DNA from: a virus
Taxonomy: Duplodnaviria > Caudoviricetes
Strand: one strand, 5' to 3'
Length of the DNA stretch: 33,159 nucleotides
IMG/VR virus record: IMGVR_UViG_3300032320_000349
Coordinates: 1 to 33,159 of that record
The notes under the pieces are model-generated. The model made no database searches. It saw only the letters and a list, made by a program, of their open reading frames with translations, and was not told the origin of the DNA. Positions 15,455-25,470 of this stretch are shown one piece after another (the stretch's first letter is position 1; each line of letters begins with the position of its first letter). The translations under genes and the position numbers were made by a program.

Positions 15455-16029
15455 TGGCTAACCCAGTTAAGATTATTAAGGGAGCAGCGAAGGCTGTTAG
15501 CAAGGCTAAAGGCGCCCGCGCAGAAAAGGACGCAAAGATTGTTGCATCTTCTCCACACTTGAAGAAGACGCCTAACATGACAATCAAGCAGGCTAAGGCT
15601 ATGAAGCAAGGAACTAAACAACTTGCTAGAGCAACTAAAAAAATTTCAAGCCGTAGTAACCGAAGAAAAGAAGACAATCTAACTGTTGGTGAATTTAACG
15701 CATTCCTTACAAAGATTGGTATGGACAAGCCAACCACTTTCCCTAGCAGTGGAAAGATGCGAGCATTAGATACACCGCCTCTTGGTGGAAAAATTAACGC
15801 TCCAGCGAATATGACTTTAAAGCAAGTTGCTCGTGGTTCTTATCTTGAAGAAAAAGAAAAAGCAAAAGCCTATGCTGCTGCATATCGTCAAGCAAAGCGC
15901 GAGACAAAAGGTATGAAGAAGGCTATGGAATCTAAGACAACTCGTACCGTAAAGAAGGTTGCTAAGGGAACCGCTGCTGCTGGTGCAGCAGGTGGTGCAT
16001 ACGCAGCATCTAAGAAAAAGAAGAAGTAA
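15454..16029 (+). CDS. Lys-rich basic protein C
   Basis: MANPVKIIKG...KKKKK*; TAATG coupling. Confidence 0.75.
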   Translation: MANPVKIIKGAAKAVSKAKGARAEKDAKIVASSPHLKKTPNMTIKQAKAMKQGTKQLARATKKISSRSNRRKEDNLTVGEFNAFLTKIGMDKPTTFPSSGKMRALDTPPLGGKINAPANMTLKQVARGSYLEEKEKAKAYAAAYRQAKRETKGMKKAMESKTTRTVKKVAKGTAAAGAAGGAYAASKKKKK

Positions 16030-16253
16030 TGGCAAATCCAGCGAAGATTGTTAAGGCAGTATCTAAGGCAGCAAAGAAGAAGCCTGCTAAGAAAAAGCCT
16101 TTGACTAATAAGCAGAAGACATATCAGATTGCTGCGGCAAATGAAAAACTTCGTAAGCGTGCTGCCTCACCAGAGGTGAGAGATTACTGGATTGCCGAAG
16201 CACGCCGTCTCATGAAAGAGAACCTAGAGAAGAAGGGTAAGAGCAATGGCTAA
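16029..16253 (+). CDS. Lys-rich basic protein D
   Basis: MANPAKIVKA...KKGKSNG*. Confidence 0.75.
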   Translation: MANPAKIVKAVSKAAKKKPAKKKPLTNKQKTYQIAAANEKLRKRAASPEVRDYWIAEARRLMKENLEKKGKSNG

Positions 16254-16476
16254 GACAACAAAGATTGCACCATCTAAAAAACTTGTAAAGCCAAAGGCTA
16301 TTACTAAGGGTCCTGCTAAGGCTGCATTAAATGTTATTGACTTTATGGTTCCTAAAACTAAAACAGATGTGGCACTTACTGTATTTCCATATGCGAAGGT
16401 TGCACGTTCAGTTGGGGGCATCGTAGGCAAGGGTGCTAAGAGGGTATCCAAGTTATACAGAAACATGGGTAGATAA
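16246..16476 (+). CDS. Lys-rich basic protein E
   Basis: MAKTTKIAPSKK...; coupled to D and F. Confidence 0.7.
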   Translation: MAKTTKIAPSKKLVKPKAITKGPAKAALNVIDFMVPKTKTDVALTVFPYAKVARSVGGIVGKGAKRVSKLYRNMGR

Positions 16477-17204
16477 TGGCTGTATCCTCAATTGCCAAGA
16501 TTATTGCAAAGAATTTAGCCAAGAAGAAACAACTTCAGTCTGCTTCAAAAAAGATTACAAGCAAGGACGTTAAAGAAGTTTATAGCGAGGCTAAGAAAAA
16601 CCCTGGCGGACCTCGTAAGGTACCTACACTATCTAAGCCACGCTCTCCACGTACTGGTCCAGTTATTCGCAAGACATCAACTGGTGGCATCAAAGTAACT
16701 ACTCTTGGTGGTAGAAAAGGTAAGAAGCCAGATACAAGCATTAAGAAGTCTTATCAAAGCACCCGTGTTACTCCAGAAGATGTTGTAAGAAAACGTATTC
16801 AAGAAAAGAACGCACGCGTTCGTAATCTTCTAACACCAATTAAGCCACGTGGTACACGCTCTGGCGGTAAAAGTATTCAAGGCGCTAAGCCAAACCCACG
16901 CACAATCACAATTGGTAAGCCAAGTCCAGCACGTGAGCGCAATAAACTTGTAAGTCCAGGTGACAGAAAGATGGATGAGAGCCGTAAGTTAGGAATCTCT
17001 AACGCATACTCTAGTTCACGCTTTAATCAGCCAACAATTTCCTCTCGCACTCGTCCTAAAGTTGAAAGAGAAGAGCAACGCTTAAGCAAAGCGGACTACG
17101 AATCACAACGTATTGCTGATGAAAGAGTCAAGCAGGCGCTTAAAGATATTAAAAAGGCAGAGAAAAAGAAAGCGTTAGAAAAACGCCCTAAGAAAGGCAA
17201 GTAA
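16476..17204 (+). CDS. Lys/Arg-rich basic protein F
   Basis: MAVSSIAKIIAK...PKKGK*; abuts the portal start. Confidence 0.75.
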   Translation: MAVSSIAKIIAKNLAKKKQLQSASKKITSKDVKEVYSEAKKNPGGPRKVPTLSKPRSPRTGPVIRKTSTGGIKVTTLGGRKGKKPDTSIKKSYQSTRVTPEDVVRKRIQEKNARVRNLLTPIKPRGTRSGGKSIQGAKPNPRTITIGKPSPARERNKLVSPGDRKMDESRKLGISNAYSSSRFNQPTISSRTRPKVEREEQRLSKADYESQRIADERVKQALKDIKKAEKKKALEKRPKKGK

Positions 17205-18947
17205 TTGCTATCAATTAAACAGATTTCAGCACGGGTTGAGTCCCTCAAGTTCCGCGCCTCTGAGCGTGATAGACGTCAACAAGACGTACTTGCCGTACGT
17301 ACAGGAAAAATCTCTAATGTTTACCCAGAATTCTTTCCAGAAGGCGTAGATGCAAACGTAGTTGCTAACTTTGTTGACATTGTTGCTAAAGACTTGTCTG
17401 AAGTTATGGCACCGCTACCTGCAGTTAACTGTTCTGCAGCCAATCAGACAAACGACCGTGCTCGTTCCTTTGCTGATAAGCGCACACGCATCGCTTCTAA
17501 CTACTTTGTTAATTCAGATTTGCAAGTTCAGATGTACACAGGCGCAGACTGGTACATTACATATGGTTTCGTCCCTTTCATTATTGAATTAGACGAAGAA
17601 GCAGGGCTACCACGTATACGAGTAGAAAATCCAATTGGGGCTTACCCAGAGTTTGACCGCTACGGACGTTGTATTGCCTTCGCTAAACGCTACCTCATGA
17701 CATTGGCTGAATTGGTTGCACAATTCCCAGAGTATGAGTACGAGTTGCTCGGTTCAGATAGATACGAACAAGACCTTAATGCACATATTGAGGTAATTCG
17801 TTACTACGATAAAGAGCAATCAACTATTTATGTACCAACAAGAAACAATCTGATACTTTCTCAGGCTGCTAATCCAATTGGTAAGATGATGGTTGTAGTA
17901 GCGGTTCGTCCATCTGTAGATGGCGAAGCCCGTGGACAGTTTGATGATGTACTAGGTATTCAGTTGCTTCGTAATAGGTTCGCATTACTTGCGATGGAAG
18001 CAGCAGAGAAGTCAGTACAGGCACCAATCGTTGTCCCAGGTGATGTTCAAGACTTCCAACTTGGTGGCGATGCAATCATTCGCACCAACACTCCTGGAGG
18101 TGTACGCCGTGTAGAACTAACTCTACCTCAAGGCGCATTCCAAGAGCAGGCAGTTCTTCAATCAGAATTACGTACTGGAACACGTTATCCAGAATCACGT
18201 ACTGGAAACATTGATGCATCAATTGTTACTGGACAGGGCGTTCAAGCGCTTATGGGTGGCTTTGATACACAAGTTAAGTCAGCACAGGCAATCTTTGCCT
18301 CTGCCTTAAAAGATGTTATTAGCGTCTGCTTCCAGATTGATGAAGCACTATATAACTTTACAAAGACAATTCGTGGCGTAGACGCTGGTTCTCCATACTC
18401 ACTTGAGTATCTACCAAGCAAGGACATTAAGGGTGATTACTCTGCAGATGTCCGTTATGGAATGTTGGCTGGTCTTAATCCAGCACAGGGACTTATCTTT
18501 ATGCTTCAGGCTTTGGGTGGCAAACTTATTAGCCGTGATATGGCTATGCGTGAACTTCCATTTGGAATTAACGTAACCAAGGAACAAGAAAAGATTGAAG
18601 TAGAAGAAATGAGAAACACTCTCGTTACATCTCTTCAGTCCAGTGCACAAGCAATTCCTGAAATGATTACTCAGGGCGGGGACCCAACGGACATCGTTAA
18701 GAAGATTGCAGCAGTCATTAGAATGCGCCAAAAGGGCATAACTATTGAAGATGCAATTACAGATGTCTTTGCTCCAGAATTACCTCCTGCTGGTGCACCT
18801 ACGGTTGAGCAACCGTCCCCTGCTCCCGCTGCGCCAGTAGGAGGCGCTATTGCTCCTGGTGGACCACAAGATGTAACAACACTACTGAACAGTTTAAATA
18901 TGGGCGGAGCGGCAAACGCTAGCGCAAGAACTTCATCGCGTATCTAA
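17205..18947 (+). CDS. Portal protein
   Basis: 580 aa downstream of terL with portal-like features (VVANFVD, YG.VP...RIRVENP, G.FD.V..IQ, TGQGVQAL) and a Pro-rich tail; TTG start. Confidence 0.82.
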   Translation: MLSIKQISARVESLKFRASERDRRQQDVLAVRTGKISNVYPEFFPEGVDANVVANFVDIVAKDLSEVMAPLPAVNCSAANQTNDRARSFADKRTRIASNYFVNSDLQVQMYTGADWYITYGFVPFIIELDEEAGLPRIRVENPIGAYPEFDRYGRCIAFAKRYLMTLAELVAQFPEYEYELLGSDRYEQDLNAHIEVIRYYDKEQSTIYVPTRNNLILSQAANPIGKMMVVVAVRPSVDGEARGQFDDVLGIQLLRNRFALLAMEAAEKSVQAPIVVPGDVQDFQLGGDAIIRTNTPGGVRRVELTLPQGAFQEQAVLQSELRTGTRYPESRTGNIDASIVTGQGVQALMGGFDTQVKSAQAIFASALKDVISVCFQIDEALYNFTKTIRGVDAGSPYSLEYLPSKDIKGDYSADVRYGMLAGLNPAQGLIFMLQALGGKLISRDMAMRELPFGINVTKEQEKIEVEEMRNTLVTSLQSSAQAIPEMITQGGDPTDIVKKIAAVIRMRQKGITIEDAITDVFAPELPPAGAPTVEQPSPAPAAPVGGAIAPGGPQDVTTLLNSLNMGGAANASARTSSRI

Positions 18948-18961
18948 TTAAAGGAGGGGAC

Positions 18962-19534
18962 ATGACAACACTCGCTGCCATTCAAGGCAATGGCTGGGCT
19001 GTTATCGGATGCGATTCTCGTTCATCTGATGAGTCAGGTCGCCCTATCAATATGGCTACCTACAAGATTATTGAAAACAACGGAATCTTGATTGCAGGTT
19101 CAGGGGCTGGACGTGGTTCAAACCTTTTGCAGTTTGGGTGGAAAGCACCTAAGCCAACTGCTGCAGAGAATCTAGATAAGTACATTACGCAGAAATTTAT
19201 ACCAGCAATGCGTAAGTTATTTATAGATGCTGGTTATGACATGAAAGAGGATGGGGATGCTGCGGAACATGATTCATCGTTTCTTGTTGTGGTGCGGGGA
19301 ATTATCTATCCTATCTTTGAAGATTATTCTTGGGACCGTGATAGTCGTGGTATCTACTACTCTGGCAGTGGTGGTGACATTGCCCTTGGCGCTATGGAGG
19401 CAATGGAAGTGGACACTCCTGGTCTCACTCCACAGGATGCGCAATCAATAATCCATAAAGCAATTTCAATTTCTTGCAAGTGGGATATTTTTACAGCAGA
19501 ACCAATAGTTATTAAAACTCAATATGCAAAATAA
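18962..19534 (+). CDS. HslV/proteasome beta-type Ntn-hydrolase protease
   Basis: M-Thr1-Thr, D17-S-R19, K34, AGSG, SGSG and D-I-F-T motifs; AAGGAGG RBS. Confidence 0.85.
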   Translation: MTTLAAIQGNGWAVIGCDSRSSDESGRPINMATYKIIENNGILIAGSGAGRGSNLLQFGWKAPKPTAAENLDKYITQKFIPAMRKLFIDAGYDMKEDGDAAEHDSSFLVVVRGIIYPIFEDYSWDRDSRGIYYSGSGGDIALGAMEAMEVDTPGLTPQDAQSIIHKAISISCKWDIFTAEPIVIKTQYAK

Positions 19535-19784
19535 GTTTAAACAAATTATGGAAGACGCCATGAAGGCTCTCCAAGAAGTAGACGAGGATGGGGAAAACTT
19601 CATCTGTGTTAACTGGGTACTTATTACCGAGTGGGCAGACTACGAAGGAACTCGTTACCTACATACAGAGGTAAGTGACGAAATGACCCCATGGAATGCG
19701 TACGGAATGATTCGTATGGCAGAGAAATACAATAGTGAAGTTCTTGGAACTGAAAGTATTGAACAAGAGGAAGAGGATGAATAA
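19524..19784 (+). CDS. Acidic hypothetical protein
   Basis: 86 aa, coupled to neighbours; W.L..EW...PW..YGM pattern. Confidence 0.65.
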   Translation: MQNKFKQIMEDAMKALQEVDEDGENFICVNWVLITEWADYEGTRYLHTEVSDEMTPWNAYGMIRMAEKYNSEVLGTESIEQEEEDE

Positions 19785-20191
19785 TGGCTCAACGCGGAGG
19801 ATATCGTGCGCCGTCTAACCCAGCAGCAGTTTCAGGTCCTGGCGCTCTTTCTAAGCGTACTGACGGGGGACCAACACAGGCTGCAACCTACATCCCAGGA
19901 CTTCCATACGGACAAGGACAAGAAACTTACGGAAATCAAGTAAGTGCACCTATGGCTGGCAATCCATTCCCTCAACAGGAAATGCCAACAGAGTTATTTG
20001 CACCAACTATGCGTCCTAATGAACCAATTACATCTGGTGTAGATATTGGTCCAGGTGCTGGCTCACAGGCAATGGGACAACTTCCTAATTCACAGCCATC
20101 TATTCTTTCTATCATCCGTAATATTGCACAGTATGACCCAACAGGGGATTCAGAATTACTTTATCGGACACTTGAAGATAGCGGGTACTAA
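19784..20191 (+). CDS. Gly/Pro-rich probable virion protein
   Basis: TAATG-coupled to the giant protein. Confidence 0.6.
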   Translation: MAQRGGYRAPSNPAAVSGPGALSKRTDGGPTQAATYIPGLPYGQGQETYGNQVSAPMAGNPFPQQEMPTELFAPTMRPNEPITSGVDIGPGAGSQAMGQLPNSQPSILSIIRNIAQYDPTGDSELLYRTLEDSGY

Positions 20192-23100
20192 TGGCTGAAG
20201 TACCTTTAAATCCAGTTGTTGGAGAGGTCAGCCCTAATCTTTACAAGGCAGCCATTGCTGCCAACTTGCCTGCTGACCAACGTAAAATTATTGAACAAAT
20301 GTCTTACACCTACAAGTCTGCCCAAAAACTTTTAAAGTTAAGTGAAGAAGAATCACGTAAAGAATTCTTAGGTCTTGACCCAAACGTTCAAAAAGATATC
20401 AATCTTTTATTTCCTGGGCAAAAGCGCTTCTTGCCAGAACAAAGTTTAGTTGGAAAGATTACTCAAAGAATTGGTGGAGCGGTAACTAAAGCCGCTGGAC
20501 TTTACTTCAGCCCTATTATTGCTGGCTTTAAGGCTGCTGATATTTACGGCAAAACATTTAATACACCAGGAACTTTGGGTAAGCAGTTATCACAGGGAAA
20601 ACCATTTAGTAAGAAAGTAGTTTCTGACGCTTTCAATGGTAAGAACTCTTGGGACTGGGACCGCGTAGCAGAGTATGAACAGAAGTATGGTAAGGCTAAG
20701 ACAACCCTTGCTCGCGGACTAGCAGAGGGTCGTACTCCAGGTGAGTCAATTGCTCTCTACGAAAACGGTGTAGATGGGGATATGACTGAAGCCCTCATTA
20801 TGATGGGTGATGACCCTAAAAAGTTTTACGAAATGCTTAACGACATTAAACAGGGTTCTCAGTTTAGCCCAGGTCGTGAAACAGTAGAATCATTCCTTGC
20901 TGCAGACGAAAAGGTAGATAAGAACTACTGGGCATATAAACTTTTAAAGAAGGTCGGAATTGACCTTGCAACCGAAAAAGGCTTGCAAACAGCAAAGAAG
21001 ATTGTTTCAACACCACTTGATGCAACCTATCAAATAATTATTGACCCGCTTACATATGCAGGTGTAGGTCCAATTATTAAGGGAGCCACTGGAGCATACG
21101 GCGGAGTAAAGGCTAGTTTGCCAGAAGCAATGGTTCGCTTTGGTGGAATTAAATCTCGGGGGCAAAAACTTGCAGACCAGTTCTCATTCCTTGCAGAAAA
21201 GCAGGGATTAGATGCTGGAATGGACTGGGTTTTCAAACAAGATGATGTTGTTAAACTATGGGACGGAACTCTTGGTCCAGTTATTAAGCAATATGCTGAT
21301 GCTGGTACAGACGTAGAGCGTGGATTAATCTATCGCCGTATTCGTTCAAACTTTCCAGAATGGGCTGAGTCTGGTGTAATTAAGCAACTGGCTAAGTACA
21401 AAGCATTTGATGCAGCCTCTGCTAAGAAGTTCTTTACAGACCACGATGACGCTGGCTTAATTATGTCTGGTCGCGTAGATGGTATATCTGGAAGACGAAA
21501 CGCTATTCCAGTAGCAAAACGCTACCGCACACTTACATCTGCTGTTAATAGAACGGCAAAGAGTGTCTTTGACCCATCTCCATCTACAGCAACAACTGAA
21601 GACATTATTGTCTCTGGTGAAAAACGCCTTAAGACAACAATGGATATATTAAAGAAAGTTGCTGACAAACAAGAAGGTTTAGTAAACCCTAACTTCAAAG
21701 AGATATTTGAATTAGATGCTGATGCCACTAAGGTTCAGAAAGCATTACAAAAGATTCAGGTACTAGGAAAGCGCTCCCCAGGTCGCATTCTCTACGGAGA
21801 AGATGCAGTAAAGACTATGGATGATGTACGAAACCTAGCCAATATTGTTATGCCAGAGCATATTGCCGATGGCTTTGCGGAAGCCTTTGTGCGTGAAGAT
21901 GCAGAGAATCAGTTGACAATGATTCGCAATCTTTATGCTGCCGTCATGATGAAGGCTGGCGCACATGGCACTGTCAATGGCAATAAGTTTATAGAAGATG
22001 TCTTGAACGCTACCTTCAATGAGAAGGCTGGTATGTTCTCAACTGTTCGTAGCGAAATTGATACAGACTTTGCTGGATTACTGCATAAGGCTGGAGTTCG
22101 TTATGAGAACGACATCCCATTCCAAGCATCACGTGGTATTGTTCAGCCATCACAGGTTGCAAAGAGCATTGCTCCACTACCATTTGATGAGATTTATCAG
22201 GTAGCCGCTGCGTCTAAACTTGAGAATGCTGATAGTAAATTTAGTGTTCTACTCTCTCTATTTGGTGGTATTACACGTAATAGAGCAGTTAAATTGTTTA
22301 CAGATTTCTGGTCTAACCATACGCTATTCCCACGTTTAGGTGTTCGTAGCGCTATAGATGAGATGTTCTTTGCTTACTTTGCACAGCCTACATATATGTT
22401 GCGTGAGTTCGCCTTTGGTGGACGCGGTGCTAGAAAAGCATCAGAGGCAATTACTGGTTCTAAATCAACACAGGGTATGTATAAGCGTGGTTGGTATAAA
22501 TTAGCACCAGGATTAGACCCTACTAAAAAGATTTCTGGCGAAGAACGCCGTGCCATACTAGAGCAAATTGCTAAAGATATGAGCACTAAACTCAAGCGAG
22601 AAGTAACAGTAGCAGAAGTTCATCACAGAGTAGTTGTTGAAGAAACAGTAAAGCGTGTTCAAGAAATCTACGGAGATAGCCTAGCACCACAAGCATGGAA
22701 AGATTTAAAGAAGGCTATGGTTCATAGCCCTACATTCCTTGATTCTATGGTTAACTCCATAGGTGCTAAATCTAATCTTAATGGACGAATTGATTCAGAG
22801 TATATTGACCAAGCCTTTATATCTACAAATCTAACTGCTGCATTAAGAGAACTAGGTTTAGAACAAGGTTCAAGATATACAGAACTAGATGTTACTAAAG
22901 CATCAAAGCGTGCAGTTACTATTGCTCACTTTGATAACTGGTCTATTCGTTTTCCTTATAACTCAGAGAAGATTGCTGAAGGGGTTGTAATTAACCCAGT
23001 CAATGAGTTCTTCCGTAATGGTGCGCTTAAGACCAATCAAGACTTTTTGCGTGCTAGAGATGGTATCTTGCGTGATGCTGGAGTTGAAAGAGTACCTAAT

Positions 23101-25470
23101 GGGTATGAAGGTGAATACATTACATCTAATCCAGATGTATTAAAGAACTTCTTATCTATGTTTAGCAGCACTGTTTACTACCGTCAACAGGGTATTCCAG
23201 AGCATGAGATTGCACGTATTCACGTGGAAGCAATGCTCATTGACATGAAGAATACTTTCCATGGTGGACCAAAGGCTTTCAATCAGAAACTCTTTGACCT
23301 TGTTAAATCTAAGCGTATGGCTATGGTAGGCAGAGCAAAGACAAATGATGTTAATGTTCCTAATGCTTGGTCTAAAGCAGCAGCAAACATCACATTTAAA
23401 GAGTTTGAAGATGCAACTATTGACAATCTTCCATCTGTAAACATACTAACTCGTATCAGAAATATCGGTCCTGAAAAAGATATGCGAGTATTCGAAGAGG
23501 TTACAGGTCTACCACGACTATATGAGAAGTGGCAGAACTGGACTATGGATGTTATGGATGCACAGGTAACTGGTATCTATCGTCAGCCTGCTGTTCATAT
23601 TTTCTACAGCAAGTTTATGAAAGATTTTAAGCCATACGAAAAGAAGTTTGCAGACCGTTACTATGCTCAGGCTAAGTTGGATAATCCTACTATTCCAGAG
23701 AAAGTACTACGAGCCCGTGCTAATGCACACGCAGAAAAGCAAGTAACCGAGATGGCACTGCGTCATGCAGCAGAGACGGTTATCGAATACGTAGATAACC
23801 CATCAGTAAGAACAAACCTTGCTGTATCTGTTCGCTCAGTTGGTCGCTTCTATCGTGCAACAGAAGACTTCTATCGCCGTGTATATCGTCTATACACAAA
23901 GAAACCTTTGCAGACGTTATACAGAATGCGCCTTCTACACACAGGTCTAGAAGCATCTGGTGACGTATACACAGATGAGCGTGGCGACCAGTACGTTATG
24001 TTCCCTACTGACACTATTATTAACAACGCAATAGAGCCAGTGCTAAGGACTCTTACTGGTAAGCCACAACTTCAGATACCTTCATTTGATAATTTAACTC
24101 TTAAGTTAAGACTGATTAACCCATCATTCTCACCAGATGCTGGTCAGCCAGCATTGGCTGGACCTATTGGTTCTCTATCAGTTCTTGCAATCAAGGGTTT
24201 ACTGCGTGAACTACCTAAAGTTCTTCCAGATTCTGTTGAGAAGAAGGTAGCACCTAGACTAACTGAGTTTGCAGAGAAGTTTGACAGTATTGCTCTAGGT
24301 CAATTCGGAGACAGAGTTACTTTAAGAACTGCTCTTATGCCTATGTTTGGCGATAGTATTCTAAGTACATTATCTCCAGTTGAGATGGACCGTCAGAAGA
24401 CTACCGCAGCACTTCAGGTTATTGCTTGGCAACAGGCATTTGGAAACGCACTTCCATCTAATGCAACCGTTGAAGAAAAGGTAGCATACTTAAAGAAGTA
24501 CAAACTATCTGTTCATGGAACAATTATTGCACGCAATATGCTGGGACAGATATCTCCAGGACAGCCAACACTTAAAGACCAGAAGGGTCTACCAGCCTTT
24601 ATTAAGAAGACTGGTATCTCTTCATGGAAGGGTGAGTTCTGGGATATATATAACGGAATATTAAAGAGCCAAGGCGATGAAATTGGCGATGCTTTTGATA
24701 TGGCAGTTGCTGTGTTTACTGGAAAGAATCCAGGAAAGTTAGCCTATGTTATCCCACGCAACACGAAAGAGTTCAGAGTCTTTATTAGCAAGACTGATGA
24801 ACTAAAGAAGTGGGCTACAGATAACAAGATATTCCTTGATAACTACAAAGAAGTTGGTTATCTATTTGCTCCTAACTCTGGAGAATATAACCCAGATGTA
24901 TATGCGTGGATGGAATCAGAGGGTCTCATTGACCAGCCTGGTCTTGAGGAATATCTAGACAGCGTACGCGTAGCAGAAGACCGTCAGTTGTACTTCCAAA
25001 TTGAAGATGACTTAAACGAAGACTTAAAGAAACTTGCTACATATACTGACCGCAGAATTGCTATTGATACAGCAGAGAAGCAACGTCAAGCGTTGCTGCT
25101 ATCTAATCCATTATTGGATGCTGAAATTGGTGGCTCTGGCGAAAGCCGTGGCGATTTAAAGGTTATGTTCAAGGCGTTAGGTGAAGCAGTAGCCAGCCCT
25201 AATACTCCTATTGACAAGAACACACGTTCAGCAATGAGCCTTGCAGTAAGTCAAATGTCTGGGTTTATATCTCTTGCTGAGGATAAGTCCCTTAAGCGTA
25301 GGTTTGATTTCTCAACAATGAAGGCTACAGAAAAGGCTCGTATCCAAGAAGTACTAACCGAACTATCAAAGGTTAGCCCAGCAGTAAAAGAGGCAAACAG
25401 AATTATTTTCACTGGACTACTCAATCAATATTCAAGAGAAACAATCTCTGCAGGAACTGGAGGTAAGTAA
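20191..25470 (+). CDS. Giant (1759 aa) probable internal virion/ejection protein
   Basis: Size, helical composition and late-operon position; lacks tape-measure-type repeats. Confidence 0.55.
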   Translation: MAEVPLNPVVGEVSPNLYKAAIAANLPADQRKIIEQMSYTYKSAQKLLKLSEEESRKEFLGLDPNVQKDINLLFPGQKRFLPEQSLVGKITQRIGGAVTKAAGLYFSPIIAGFKAADIYGKTFNTPGTLGKQLSQGKPFSKKVVSDAFNGKNSWDWDRVAEYEQKYGKAKTTLARGLAEGRTPGESIALYENGVDGDMTEALIMMGDDPKKFYEMLNDIKQGSQFSPGRETVESFLAADEKVDKNYWAYKLLKKVGIDLATEKGLQTAKKIVSTPLDATYQIIIDPLTYAGVGPIIKGATGAYGGVKASLPEAMVRFGGIKSRGQKLADQFSFLAEKQGLDAGMDWVFKQDDVVKLWDGTLGPVIKQYADAGTDVERGLIYRRIRSNFPEWAESGVIKQLAKYKAFDAASAKKFFTDHDDAGLIMSGRVDGISGRRNAIPVAKRYRTLTSAVNRTAKSVFDPSPSTATTEDIIVSGEKRLKTTMDILKKVADKQEGLVNPNFKEIFELDADATKVQKALQKIQVLGKRSPGRILYGEDAVKTMDDVRNLANIVMPEHIADGFAEAFVREDAENQLTMIRNLYAAVMMKAGAHGTVNGNKFIEDVLNATFNEKAGMFSTVRSEIDTDFAGLLHKAGVRYENDIPFQASRGIVQPSQVAKSIAPLPFDEIYQVAAASKLENADSKFSVLLSLFGGITRNRAVKLFTDFWSNHTLFPRLGVRSAIDEMFFAYFAQPTYMLREFAFGGRGARKASEAITGSKSTQGMYKRGWYKLAPGLDPTKKISGEERRAILEQIAKDMSTKLKREVTVAEVHHRVVVEETVKRVQEIYGDSLAPQAWKDLKKAMVHSPTFLDSMVNSIGAKSNLNGRIDSEYIDQAFISTNLTAALRELGLEQGSRYTELDVTKASKRAVTIAHFDNWSIRFPYNSEKIAEGVVINPVNEFFRNGALKTNQDFLRARDGILRDAGVERVPNGYEGEYITSNPDVLKNFLSMFSSTVYYRQQGIPEHEIARIHVEAMLIDMKNTFHGGPKAFNQKLFDLVKSKRMAMVGRAKTNDVNVPNAWSKAAANITFKEFEDATIDNLPSVNILTRIRNIGPEKDMRVFEEVTGLPRLYEKWQNWTMDVMDAQVTGIYRQPAVHIFYSKFMKDFKPYEKKFADRYYAQAKLDNPTIPEKVLRARANAHAEKQVTEMALRHAAETVIEYVDNPSVRTNLAVSVRSVGRFYRATEDFYRRVYRLYTKKPLQTLYRMRLLHTGLEASGDVYTDERGDQYVMFPTDTIINNAIEPVLRTLTGKPQLQIPSFDNLTLKLRLINPSFSPDAGQPALAGPIGSLSVLAIKGLLRELPKVLPDSVEKKVAPRLTEFAEKFDSIALGQFGDRVTLRTALMPMFGDSILSTLSPVEMDRQKTTAALQVIAWQQAFGNALPSNATVEEKVAYLKKYKLSVHGTIIARNMLGQISPGQPTLKDQKGLPAFIKKTGISSWKGEFWDIYNGILKSQGDEIGDAFDMAVAVFTGKNPGKLAYVIPRNTKEFRVFISKTDELKKWATDNKIFLDNYKEVGYLFAPNSGEYNPDVYAWMESEGLIDQPGLEEYLDSVRVAEDRQLYFQIEDDLNEDLKKLATYTDRRIAIDTAEKQRQALLLSNPLLDAEIGGSGESRGDLKVMFKALGEAVASPNTPIDKNTRSAMSLAVSQMSGFISLAEDKSLKRRFDFSTMKATEKARIQEVLTELSKVSPAVKEANRIIFTGLLNQYSRETISAGTGGK

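Noticed and set aside
14888-16241. Junction repeats as a CRISPR array or attC sites
   Set aside because: Spacing is hundreds of nt and coding, the repeat is non-palindromic, and there are no cas or integrase genes.
14764-16466. Phe/Leu-rich antisense ORFs over the basic array
   Set aside because: Expected mirror of AAG/AAA-rich codons; no independent signals.
20191-25470. Giant protein as a virion RNA polymerase
   Set aside because: No DxDGD or T7-type polymerase motifs recognised; the lone VDGD is insufficient.
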